Part shown: piece after piece, positions 6,927 to 15,169 of the stretch
Numbering within the stretch: position 1 is the stretch's first letter
Layout: each line of letters begins with the position of its first letter
Origin: an uncultured Actinomycetes bacterium
GTDB taxonomy: Bacteria > Actinomycetota > Thermoleophilia > Solirubrobacterales > Solirubrobacteraceae
DNA length: 64,000 nucleotides
Direction of reading: 5' to 3'
Assembly: GCA_963743055.1 (NCBI GenBank)
Contig: CAVUOK010000005.1
Coordinates: 76,666 to 140,665 of the forward strand
Notes under the pieces: generated by a model
Seen by the model: only the letters and a program-made list of their open reading frames with translations
The model's database searches: none
Told to the model about the DNA's origin: nothing
Translations under genes and position numbers: made by a program

Positions 6927-8389
6927 CGCTCGAGATACAGGAAGTCCAGCCGCACCAGGTCGTCGAAGTCAAGCTCCGAGCGGCCCGAGACCTGCCACAG
7001 GCCGGTGATCCCCGGCGTGACGAGGTAGCGCTTCTTGTGCCACTCCTCGAGGCGGTCGAAGTCGCGCTCGGGCAGGGGCCGCGGCCCGACCAGCGACATC
7101 TCGCCACGCAGCACGTTGAACAGCTGCGGCAGCTCGTCGATCGAGTACTTGCGCAGCAGCCGCCCGACCGGCGTCATCCGCGGGTCGTCGCGCATCTTGA
7201 ACAGCGCGCCCGTCGCCTCGTTCAGCGACTCGAGGTCGGCCTGGCGCTGGTCGGCGTCGCGGTACATCGTGCGGAACTTCAAACACGCGAACGGCCTGCC
7301 GCCGATCCCGGGGCGCATCGAGCGGTAGACGATCGGGCCGCGCGAGCTGAGCCGCACGGCGATCGCGGCCGCGGCCAGCACGGGGCTCATCATGAGCAGC
7401 AGCAGCGACGAGCCGACGATGTCGAACGTGCGCTTCAGCGCGTAGTCGAAGCCCTCGAAGACCGGCGGCTTGAGCTCGAACAGCGGCACCGCCTCGCCGG
7501 GCACAAACTCCGCGCGATGGACGAGCAGCTCCATGGTCGACGGCGCGATCCGCACGCGCACGCCCTGGCTGTGGCAGATGTCGACGAGCTCGACCGCCTT
7601 CTGCTGCGGGAAGTCGGGGTCGGCGATGATGACCTCGTCGATGCGGTGCGCGACGATCACCGCCGACAGCTCGCCGAGCGTGCCGAGCGACACGAGCCCG
7701 TTGTTGGGCCGCGGCGTCAGCGAGATGAAGCCGACGACGTTGACGGTCGGCGTCGCGGCGTCGCGCAGCGCATGCCCGACCGCCTCGATGTGCTCGCCGC
7801 TGCCGACGAGCACGGCGCGGCGCTGGTAGCCCGCAAGCCGCAGCAGCGTGCCCGTGAACTTCTCGTAGCTCAGCCGCAGCAGCGAGACGTAGATGACGGC
7901 GAAGAACAGCGTGCCGTAGAAGAGGTAGTACGAGTCGTACTGGTGGCGGTTGCCGGTGCTCACGACGAAGACGAACGCGACGAGCGCCACCTGGAACAGC
8001 GACGACACGATGCGGGTCATGCCGGGGCGCTCGCCGCGCGACGAGTACAGCCCGGAGCGCGCGAACAGCAGCACGGTCGCCAGGAACGCGAACTGGAACT
8101 CCGGGTCCATCGCTCCGGCCTGGTGGCGCGGGTTCCAGTCGCCGTTGAGCAGCCCCGCCTTGAGCAGCAGCGCCGTCAGCAGCGCCATGTAGATCCCGAA
8201 GAAGTCGAGCGTGAACAGCGCGCTGATGCGCACGACCTTGCGCACCGTGTCGAGCTTCAAGAAGAAGGCGAGGACCGGCGGGCGCTTGCGCCGCACGTCG
8301 CGATTGCTCAGCGTGAAGTCAGGCGCGGGCCTTCCCTCCTGCGCCTCCCCCGTGCTGCCGTCCCGTGGCTGCTGCTGCGTCGTCGGCAT
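6851..8389 (-). CDS. polyprenyl-phosphate glycosyl-1-phosphate transferase (bacterial sugar transferase, WbaP/WcaJ type)
   Basis: N-terminal TM helices are followed by a C-terminal domain: KRTFDIVGSSLLLLMMSPVLAAAAIAV...FKMRDDPRMTPVGRLLRKYSIDELPQLFNVLRGEMSLVGPRP...PGITGLWQVSGRS. Confidence 0.9.
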   Translation of the reverse strand: MPTTQQQPRDGSTGEAQEGRPAPDFTLSNRDVRRKRPPVLAFFLKLDTVRKVVRISALFTLDFFGIYMALLTALLLKAGLLNGDWNPRHQAGAMDPEFQFAFLATVLLFARSGLYSSRGERPGMTRIVSSLFQVALVAFVFVVSTGNRHQYDSYYLFYGTLFFAVIYVSLLRLSYEKFTGTLLRLAGYQRRAVLVGSGEHIEAVGHALRDAATPTVNVVGFISLTPRPNNGLVSLGTLGELSAVIVAHRIDEVIIADPDFPQQKAVELVDICHSQGVRVRIAPSTMELLVHRAEFVPGEAVPLFELKPPVFEGFDYALKRTFDIVGSSLLLLMMSPVLAAAAIAVRLSSRGPIVYRSMRPGIGGRPFACLKFRTMYRDADQRQADLESLNEATGALFKMRDDPRMTPVGRLLRKYSIDELPQLFNVLRGEMSLVGPRPLPERDFDRLEEWHKKRYLVTPGITGLWQVSGRSELDFDDLVRLDFLYLERWSVFLDLSILVKTVPAVFTRKGAF

Positions 8390-8482
8390 CTCCCTGCTCC
8401 TAACGGGACACGATCGCAGATGTTCCGGTTGCGTGCCCCGGTATCCCCGGCGTCCGTGGGCCGGGGCCGGGGCGGGTCGGGC

Positions 8483-9433
8483 TCAAGTCCCGCTCGCGCC
8501 GACGAGCGCGTCGGTGCCGGAACGCTCGATCGTCCGCAGCAGGCCCTCCCGTAGCTCGATCTCGGGCTCCCAGCCGAGCAGCTCGCGGGCAAGCGAGATG
8601 TCGGGCTGGCGCACCTGCGGGTCGTCGGTGGGCAGCGCCTCGTAGACGATCTCCGAGTCCGATCCCGTGACCTCGATGATCGTCTCGGCGAGCTGCAGCA
8701 GCGTGAACTCGTTCGGGTTGCCGATGTTGATCGGCCCGACCTCGCCGGACTCGGCGAGCGCGATCATGCCGCGGACGAGGTCGTCGACGTAGCAGAACGA
8801 GCGCGTCTGGCTGCCGTCTCCGAAGATCGTGATCGGCCGGTTCTGCAGGGCTTGGCGCATGAAGGTCGGGATCGCGCGGCCGTCGTAGGGGCGCATCCGG
8901 CTGCCGTACGTGTTGAAGATCCGCATGATCGCCGTGTTGACGCCCTGCTGGCGGTGGTAGGCCATCGTCAGCGCCTCGGCGTAGCGCTTGGCCTCGTCGT
9001 AGACGCCGCGCGGGCCGATCGGGTTGACGTGCCCCCAGTAGGTCTCGGGCTGCGGATGCACCTGCGGGTCGCCGTACACCTCGCTCGTCGAGGCGATGAG
9101 GAAGCGCGCGCGGTGCTTCTTCGCGAGGCCGAGCGTGTGGTGCGTGCCATACGAGCCGACCTTCAGCGTGTGCAGCGGCAGGCGCAGGTAGTCGATCGGC
9201 GACGCCGGCGACGCGAGGTGGTAGACGAAGTCGACCGGCTCCTCGACGAAGTACGGCTCGACGATGTCGATCAGCTCGAAGCGGAAGTCCGGCGAGCGGA
9301 TGTGCTCGACGTTCTTCAGCGAGCCGGTCTCGAGGTTGTCGACGCAGACGACGCTGTGTCCGCGGCGCAGCAGCTCGTCGCACAGATGCGAGCCGAGGAA
9401 GCCTGCGCCACCGGTGACGAGGCAGGTGGCCAT
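8483..9433 (-). CDS. UDP-glucuronate decarboxylase (UXS-type SDR)
   Basis: Motifs present: [29 protein letters not shown] (YxxxK) and IFNTYGSRM. The protein resembles UXS along its full length. Confidence 0.9.
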   Translation of the reverse strand: MATCLVTGGAGFLGSHLCDELLRRGHSVVCVDNLETGSLKNVEHIRSPDFRFELIDIVEPYFVEEPVDFVYHLASPASPIDYLRLPLHTLKVGSYGTHHTLGLAKKHRARFLIASTSEVYGDPQVHPQPETYWGHVNPIGPRGVYDEAKRYAEALTMAYHRQQGVNTAIMRIFNTYGSRMRPYDGRAIPTFMRQALQNRPITIFGDGSQTRSFCYVDDLVRGMIALAESGEVGPINIGNPNEFTLLQLAETIIEVTGSDSEIVYEALPTDDPQVRQPDISLARELLGWEPEIELREGLLRTIERSGTDALVGASGT

Positions 9434-9457
9434 CGCTGCCAGGCTATCGCGCGGTGG

Positions 9458-9643
9458 CTACGCCGCGCGCGAGCGTGCGGCTTTGAGCTGCTTCTTCGTC
9501 GCGTCCGGCGAGATCACGATCATGCCGCTCTTGCGGCGCGTCGCGAGCCCGCGGACGACGAGGCGCTTGGCTACGACAGGACAGCGCTTGCAACGCGGGT
9601 TGCTCTTGCAGCACCCCTTCTTCGGCTTGAAGCGCGCCGCCAT
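9458..9643 (-). CDS. small basic Cys-rich protein (61 aa, CCx5CxxC)
   Basis: The sequence is MAARFKPKKGCCKSNPRCKRCPVVAKRLVVRGLATRRKSGMIVISPDATKKQLKAARSRAA. Third codon positions are G/C-rich. I cannot name a family with confidence. Confidence 0.5.
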   Translation of the reverse strand: MAARFKPKKGCCKSNPRCKRCPVVAKRLVVRGLATRRKSGMIVISPDATKKQLKAARSRAA

Positions 9644-9656
9644 TAGGTGAACCTAA
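9643..9656. promoter_or_regulatory. palindrome TTAGGT-ga-ACCTAA in the divergent region between the small Cys-protein gene and ferritin
   Basis: This is a perfect 6-bp inverted repeat. Its arms are identical to the outer half-sites of the DtxR/IdeR iron-box consensus (TTAGGTTAGSCTAACCTAA), but they are spaced 2 nt apart instead of 7. It lies 48 nt upstream of the ferritin ATG. Confidence 0.3.
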
Positions 9657-9703
9657 CACGTCCTCGCCCCGCGTCAAGGCGCCCCGAGGTAAAGTTCCGC
9701 CGC

Positions 9704-10240
9704 ATGCCCGCCTCCTCCTTCGTCGTGCGCCTCAACGAGCAGATCGGCCACGAGTTCGCGGCCTCGCAGCAGTACCTCGCCATCGCCGCCTACTACGACG
9801 ACGACACCCTCCCGCGCCTTGCGGCGTTCTTCTACGCGCAGGCGCTCGAAGAGCGCAACCACGCCTTGATGATGGTTCAGTATCTCCTCGACGCGGGGGT
9901 CGAGGCGCCGATACCCGGCGTCGACGCGCCGCGCAACGACTTCGGCGACGTCGTCGAGCCGGTCGCGCTGGCGCTCGACCAGGAGCGCCGCGTGAGCGAT
10001 CAGATCAACGCGCTCGCCGCCGTCGCCCGCGAGGAGGGCGACTACACGAGCGAGCAGTTCATGCAGTGGTTCATCAAGGAGCAGGTCGAGGAGGTCGCGA
10101 CGATGAACGACCTGCTGAAGGTCGTGGAGCGCGCGCGCGACAACCCGCTGCTCGCCGAGGAGTACATCGCGCGCGAGGGCTTCGGCGCCTCCGAGGGCGC
10201 GGACCCGACCGCCCCGCCCGCGGCCGGCGGCGCCATCTAA
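9704..10240 (+). CDS. ftn: ferritin (non-haem, bacterial ferritin family)
   Basis: Sequence features: LNEQIGHEFAASQQYLAIAAYYDDDTLPRLAAFFYAQALEERNHALMMVQYLLD...EQFMQWFIKEQVEEV. I use the internal ATG at 9704 (MPASSFVV), which has GAGG upstream, rather than the track start at 9647. Confidence 0.9.
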   Translation: MPASSFVVRLNEQIGHEFAASQQYLAIAAYYDDDTLPRLAAFFYAQALEERNHALMMVQYLLDAGVEAPIPGVDAPRNDFGDVVEPVALALDQERRVSDQINALAAVAREEGDYTSEQFMQWFIKEQVEEVATMNDLLKVVERARDNPLLAEEYIAREGFGASEGADPTAPPAAGGAI

Positions 10241-10367
10241 GAAGCTGCTCGGCAGGTCCCTCACCGCAATCGCGCAGCTGCGTGCGCGCGCGGGCAAGGC
10301 CACCCCGCCGCGCGCGGAGCTGATCGCTCGCCATGTCGCCGGGCGGTCGTTCGTCGACGTCGGGTGC

Positions 10368-10877
10368 ATGTGGACGATCCACGGCGCGCTGTGCTTCGCC
10401 GCCGAGGACGCCGGCGCCGCGACCGTCACCGGCGTCGACGTCATGGCGCCGTCCGAGCAGTTCGAGAGCGAGCGCGTGCGCCGCGGCTCGAAAGTCCGCT
10501 TCGTCGCGGGCGACGTCCACGCGCCGGCGACGATCGAGGAGATCGGCGTGCACGACGTCGTGTGGTGCTCGGGCGTGCTGTACCACGCGCCGCACCCGCT
10601 GCTGACGCTCGAACGGCTGCGCTCGATCACCGGCCAGACGCTGCTGCTCGCGACCGAGACCGTCGCCGAGACGCCCGGCCGGCGCAACACCTGCATCCTC
10701 GCCCCCGGCCGCGACGAGCACCCGAACGCCGAGCCGGCGACGGGCGCCGGTCAGGGCTTCGGCCCGTGGTACTGGGGCATCACCCCCTCGGCGCTGCGGA
10801 CGATGCTGACGCTGAGCGGGTTCACGGTCGTCGAGGAGTTCCGGACGCCGTTTCACGTGACGGTCGTCGCGCGCTAA
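10368..10877 (+). CDS. class I SAM-dependent methyltransferase (5' end unresolved)
   Basis: Sequence features: GVDVMAPS...VRFVAGDV...DVVWCSGVLYHAPHP. The motif-I-like FVDVGC is encoded in frame immediately upstream of the first canonical start. See the finding at 10119-10370. Confidence 0.7.
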   Translation: MWTIHGALCFAAEDAGAATVTGVDVMAPSEQFESERVRRGSKVRFVAGDVHAPATIEEIGVHDVVWCSGVLYHAPHPLLTLERLRSITGQTLLLATETVAETPGRRNTCILAPGRDEHPNAEPATGAGQGFGPWYWGITPSALRTMLTLSGFTVVEEFRTPFHVTVVAR

Positions 10878-11003
10878 CGATCGGTCCTGCCGTAGCGACA
10901 CGGGCGATGGGTGTGATCTTTCTGATCGTATGAGTTGACCGATCCGCCATTAACCGTCAAGCTCCGCGCGGCTTGACGTACACACGGTCATACAGGGAGA
11001 CAC

Positions 11004-14000
11004 ATGAATCGGCACGGAATGCCTACCGGTATTGCAGGGATGCTGTGCGCGCTCGCGCTCTGCTTGGCGCCAGCGGCGCACGCCGCCAACAGTCCCGGCA
11101 CCGGCGACAGCGGCTTCTACACGTTCATCGGTGACTCCGCGGGCGCCAAGGTCAACGTCGCCAGCGGCAATCTCCTCGTCCGCGAGCGCGACCTCGCCGA
11201 CAGCGAGGCGAACCACCACGTCGTCGTCGACCGCGCCTACAACAGCGTGGCTTCGAGCGCTTTCTCGATTCTCGGCCCGCGCTGGAGCTTCGACGTCGGT
11301 CCCGGCACGCGCGTCGCGCCGCAGCCGTCGGGCGACATCCTGCTGACCGGCCCCTCGGCGTACGTCCTGCGCTTCGCGCTGCGCAGCGACGGCGGCTACG
11401 ACGCTCCCGCGGGATTCGACGGGCTGCTGACACGCGCGGGCTCGGGCTGGGAGCTGCGGCGCGACTCGTCCGGCGACACGTGGACGTTCGACGCGTCGGG
11501 CGTTCTCACCGGCACGCGCGACGTCTCCGGGCGTGCCTTCACCGTGCAGTACACGAGCGCGGCGGGCCGCACCGTCCTGTCGAGCTACGGCACGACCTCG
11601 GGACGGCGCGTGAACCTCTCCTACAACGGCGACAGCCTCGTTCGCGAGCTCGACGACCCCGCCAGCGGACATCACTACTACCGCTACGTCGCAGGCCGGC
11701 TGACGGAAGTCGACGCCCCCGCCGGGCCGCAATCGCGCTACGGGTATGACGCGGGCGGCCACCTCGCGCGCATCGACGCGGCGGACGGCACGGTCGTCGA
11801 GCTCGTCGTCGACGGCGGCGGGCGCGTGACCTCGTACACGGCGACGGGCGGCTCCGGCTCGGCGCTCGCCGGCCTGCCGCAGACCACGACGCTGGCCTAC
11901 TTCGACCATCGCACGGTCGTCACCGACCCGGACGGAGGCAGCACCACATACGTGTACGACGACGACTGGCGCGTCATCTCGACGCTCGCCGACGCTCAAG
12001 TCTGGGCGACGCTCGGCGCCGGTGAGCAGGCGCTGTTCGGCGACGCGACCGGTGACGGCGCCGCCGATCTCGTGACCGTCGACGAGGCCGGGACGGTCGC
12101 GGTCCGCCCGAGCACGCAGACCGGATTCGGCGCGCCACAGCAGTGGGGCACCACGACGGCGCGCGACTCCATGGCGCTCGCCGACACCGACGCCGACGGC
12201 GACGCCGACCTCGTGGCCCGCCAGGGCACCGCCGGGGCGGTGCTCGTCCTCGTCTCCTCGGGCTCGGGATTCGCACCCGCGCAGGAGTGGTCGCCAGGCG
12301 GACCCGGCCGCATGCTCGTGGGCGACGTCGACGGCGACGGCGCCTCGGATCTGCTGCTTCAGGCCTCCGACGGCACGGTGGAGGCCGCCTACAGCTACGA
12401 CGGCGGCTTCTACGACCAGGGCCCGTTCGCCGACGTCGGCCCCGCCGCGAACCTCCACGTCGCGTCCGTCGACGACGACGAGACCGCCGACCTCGTGCAG
12501 GTGCTCCCGTCGGGCGCCGTCCACGTCAGGCGCTCCGACGGCGGCGCCGTGGGAGCACCCGAGGTCTGGGGCTCGGTTCCGGCCGGAGCCGACGTCGCGC
12601 TTGCGGACATGGACGGCGACGATCGCGCCGACCTCGTCGCGCGCGCCGCCGACGGCTCCGTCTCGGTCAGCCCCGCCGGCGACGGGTCGTTCGGGCCGCC
12701 CCGCCCGGCCGGAGCCTGGCCGGCGGCCCGGACGCTCGGCGTCGCCGACGTGGACGCCGACCTGCGCGGCGACCTCGTGGGGGTCGAGGGAAGCTCGGTG
12801 TGGGTCTCGCTCAATCGCGGGCCGTACTCCGCGACGGCCCCCGGGGCATACGCCCCCGAGGCCGGCGAGCAGGAGGATCCCGAGGATGACGGCCTCGCGT
12901 CCCGCGCCACCGCAGCGCCGGCCGCGACGTCGCGCATGGCGCTGAGCTGGAGCGACGACAACTTCCTCGTCAACTTCCTCAATCCCGACCGCGGAACCCC
13001 CAACCCCGTGGCTGCGAAGCTCGCGTATGACCGCATCGGGCAGTCCGGCGCGGCGTGGGTCCGCATCAACGTCATGTGGGGCCAGTACGAGGGCAGCGCG
13101 AACTACCGCGCCGCGCTGCGTGCGAGCGTCGCCGAGGCCAACGCCCGCAACCTCACCGTGTACTTCACGCTGATGAGCGCCGCGTACGACTCCCCGGCCC
13201 ACAACGTCAGCCCGTCCGCCGACGAGTTCGGCGACTTCGTCGGGCGGGTCGTCAACGACTTCGAGAGCCTTGGCGTGCGGCGCTTCGCGATGTGGAACGA
13301 GCCGAACCTCCCCAGCGGCGTGTTCCTGAAGGTCACATGCGCGAACGGCAAACGCCACAACACGGCCGCCAAGTACCGGGAGCTCTACCTCGAGGGATAC
13401 CGGCGGGCGAAGCTCGCACAGGCAGGCGCGCGGATCTACCTCGGCGAGCTGTCCGAGCAGTCGCGCGGCGGACAGGACACCTGCTCCGGGCCGCGGCGCA
13501 CGCACAGCCTGAGCGCGACCGAGTACCTCTCCAAGGTCGTCGCGGACGGCGACGTCCGCGCCCACGGCATCGCCTGGCATCCGTATCAGCACCGCACATC
13601 ACCGCGCGTCAACAGCCGCGGCATCGGCATCTTCGACACGAAGATCATGCGCGACCGGATCCGGAGCCTGTGGCGGCAGGTCGGCGGCCAGCGCCGGCTG
13701 GCGACGCCGACCGGCAACCTCCCCAGCCTGTACATGACCGAGTTCGGCTACTTCAACGTCCCATATCCGAACCCCGGCAGCCGCGTGAACGCCCACACCG
13801 AAGCGCAACGCGCGACGTACCTGCGCAGCGCGCTGCAGGTCGCGGCGTCCAACGGCGTGGGCATGTTCAACTCCTGGGTGCTCGCCGAGGGATACCCGTC
13901 GGCCGCAGCGGCGGTGGGACCCAACCCGCTGTTCGACACGGGCATGTTGAGCCTGGGACCCGACCTGCTGTCCGCGAAGGGGATCCGCCCGTACGGGATC

Positions 14001-14111
14001 GGACCGACTCCCGGCGTGGCCAACCCACAACCGCGGCAGGCCTACTGCGCGGTTCGCGACTGGGCGCGCGGGAAGGGCTACCCACTGCCATCATCCAACC
14101 CATGCGCCTGA
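11004..14111 (+). CDS. secreted multidomain protein: YD/RHS-like repeats, FG-GAP/VCBS-like repeats and a clan GH-A glycoside hydrolase domain
   Basis: The signal peptide is MNRHGMPTGIAGMLCALALCLAPAAHA. YD-type units include YGYDAGGHLARIDAADGTVVELVVDGGGRVTSYT. There are six or more D-x-D-x-D-G...DLV units (GDATGDGAADLVTV, ADTDADGDADLVAR, GDVDGDGASDLLLQ, ADMDGDDRADLVAR...). The C-terminal TIM-barrel motifs are FAMWNEPN and YMTEFGY. Confidence 0.85.
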   Translation: MNRHGMPTGIAGMLCALALCLAPAAHAANSPGTGDSGFYTFIGDSAGAKVNVASGNLLVRERDLADSEANHHVVVDRAYNSVASSAFSILGPRWSFDVGPGTRVAPQPSGDILLTGPSAYVLRFALRSDGGYDAPAGFDGLLTRAGSGWELRRDSSGDTWTFDASGVLTGTRDVSGRAFTVQYTSAAGRTVLSSYGTTSGRRVNLSYNGDSLVRELDDPASGHHYYRYVAGRLTEVDAPAGPQSRYGYDAGGHLARIDAADGTVVELVVDGGGRVTSYTATGGSGSALAGLPQTTTLAYFDHRTVVTDPDGGSTTYVYDDDWRVISTLADAQVWATLGAGEQALFGDATGDGAADLVTVDEAGTVAVRPSTQTGFGAPQQWGTTTARDSMALADTDADGDADLVARQGTAGAVLVLVSSGSGFAPAQEWSPGGPGRMLVGDVDGDGASDLLLQASDGTVEAAYSYDGGFYDQGPFADVGPAANLHVASVDDDETADLVQVLPSGAVHVRRSDGGAVGAPEVWGSVPAGADVALADMDGDDRADLVARAADGSVSVSPAGDGSFGPPRPAGAWPAARTLGVADVDADLRGDLVGVEGSSVWVSLNRGPYSATAPGAYAPEAGEQEDPEDDGLASRATAAPAATSRMALSWSDDNFLVNFLNPDRGTPNPVAAKLAYDRIGQSGAAWVRINVMWGQYEGSANYRAALRASVAEANARNLTVYFTLMSAAYDSPAHNVSPSADEFGDFVGRVVNDFESLGVRRFAMWNEPNLPSGVFLKVTCANGKRHNTAAKYRELYLEGYRRAKLAQAGARIYLGELSEQSRGGQDTCSGPRRTHSLSATEYLSKVVADGDVRAHGIAWHPYQHRTSPRVNSRGIGIFDTKIMRDRIRSLWRQVGGQRRLATPTGNLPSLYMTEFGYFNVPYPNPGSRVNAHTEAQRATYLRSALQVAASNGVGMFNSWVLAEGYPSAAAAVGPNPLFDTGMLSLGPDLLSAKGIRPYGIGPTPGVANPQPRQAYCAVRDWARGKGYPLPSSNPCA

Positions 14112-15004
14112 TCGCTTGCACGCTCGTCTGCCTCGTCGCCGGCCTGGCCTGCGCCGCCTCGGCGCAGGCCAAGCTCGTCTTCGAGCGCGACGGCGCGATC
14201 TGGACGGCGAACGAGGACGGGTCGCTGCTGCGTCGCGTCACGACGGGCACGGCGCCCGAGCCGTCGCCCGACGGCCGCTGGATCGCGTACCTGCGCGCCG
14301 GCCGCCGGAATGTCCGGCCGGGCACCGATCTGTGGGTCCGCCCGATCCGCGGTGGGCAGCCGCGGCGCCTGCTCGAGCAGGCCGTCGGGATCACGTGGGA
14401 TCACGACAGCCGGCGGATCATCTCCGAGCGCGGGGGACGCTTGTACGCGGTCGGACCCCGTATCCGCCGCGCACGGCGAACGGTGCAGGTGGGCGAGGAC
14501 TGCGGCAGCAGCTTTGCCCCCGACGGCCGTCTCGCCGTCGCCGAGTGCGGTCAGATCACGGTCCTGAACCGGCGCCTTGAGCCTGCCAGCCAGCGTGATC
14601 TCGTGGAGGGCAGAAACCCTCTTTGGGGCACGCGGGGCTTGGCGTTCGCGTGGCAGAACGGCGACGGGAGGTACCAGCAGGCCACCGTCTCGCAGCTGCG
14701 GCTGCTGACCCCCGGCGGCAAGCGTCGCACGATCCTCGCGACCGACGGTCGCGGCGTCGTGCCTGTCACGTGGTCCGCTGACGGCGCCTGCCTGCTCGTC
14801 CAGCTGGGCGCCGCCCCGGCGGTCGTCAGCGTGGGCACCGGCGCGGTGCGGCGCCAGATGCCCGACGGCCAAGCACAGGATCTGTCCGCCGACGGCAGCC
14901 GCGCGCTCGTGCGCCGCGACGACGGCCTGCACGCGATCGTGGTCGCCGACGGCAGCGATCGGCTCGTCGCCCCCGGCGCGGCCAACGGGCGCTCGACGCT
15001 GTAG
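14102..15004 (+). CDS. secreted TolB/PD40-like beta-propeller repeat protein
   Basis: This is the in-frame C-terminal part of track ORF 13055..15004, starting at ATG 14102 (MRLIACTLVCLVAGLACAASAQA). It overlaps the previous stop by 10 nt. PD40-like units are present, such as SPDGRWIAYLR and APDGRLAV. Confidence 0.75.
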   Translation: MRLIACTLVCLVAGLACAASAQAKLVFERDGAIWTANEDGSLLRRVTTGTAPEPSPDGRWIAYLRAGRRNVRPGTDLWVRPIRGGQPRRLLEQAVGITWDHDSRRIISERGGRLYAVGPRIRRARRTVQVGEDCGSSFAPDGRLAVAECGQITVLNRRLEPASQRDLVEGRNPLWGTRGLAFAWQNGDGRYQQATVSQLRLLTPGGKRRTILATDGRGVVPVTWSADGACLLVQLGAAPAVVSVGTGAVRRQMPDGQAQDLSADGSRALVRRDDGLHAIVVADGSDRLVAPGAANGRSTL

Positions 15005-15169
15005 GGCGCTCGCGGCCGCTGGATTCGAACCCGGCCGATGAGTTTCGCGCACGACCGCGGTCTTAGGACCAAATGCCGATGGTTCCTGCGCCGCGTCGGT
15101 CGCTAGCGTGAGAGCACAGAGGCTCCCGCCGAACGACCCCGCCGCCGACAGCGAGAGGATGACACCCCC

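Noticed and set aside
8400-9383. A 327-aa alternative-frame ORF overlapping the UXS gene. Similar shadow ORFs overlap ferritin, cysN, accA, pccB and others.
   Set aside because: The co-located frames carry unmistakable family motifs. The shadow ORFs are Arg/Pro/Ala-rich.
10878-11003. TTGACC and TTGACG hexamers in the lower-G+C gap upstream of the YD/FG-GAP/GH gene, considered as promoter elements.
   Set aside because: I found no convincing -10 partner at proper spacing by eye, so I left them unannotated.
15005-15100. A tRNA-like signature on the minus strand: GGTTCGAATCC followed by an acceptor-like GGCCGCG.
   Set aside because: I could not fold a cloverleaf. The T-stem pairs at only 3 of 5 positions. 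There is no acceptable anticodon stem-loop, because the only local hairpin, GGTC-ctaa-GACC, has a 4-nt loop. The D-arm is also implausible. At best this is a tRNA-derived fragment, and tRNAscan-SE or Aragorn would settle it.
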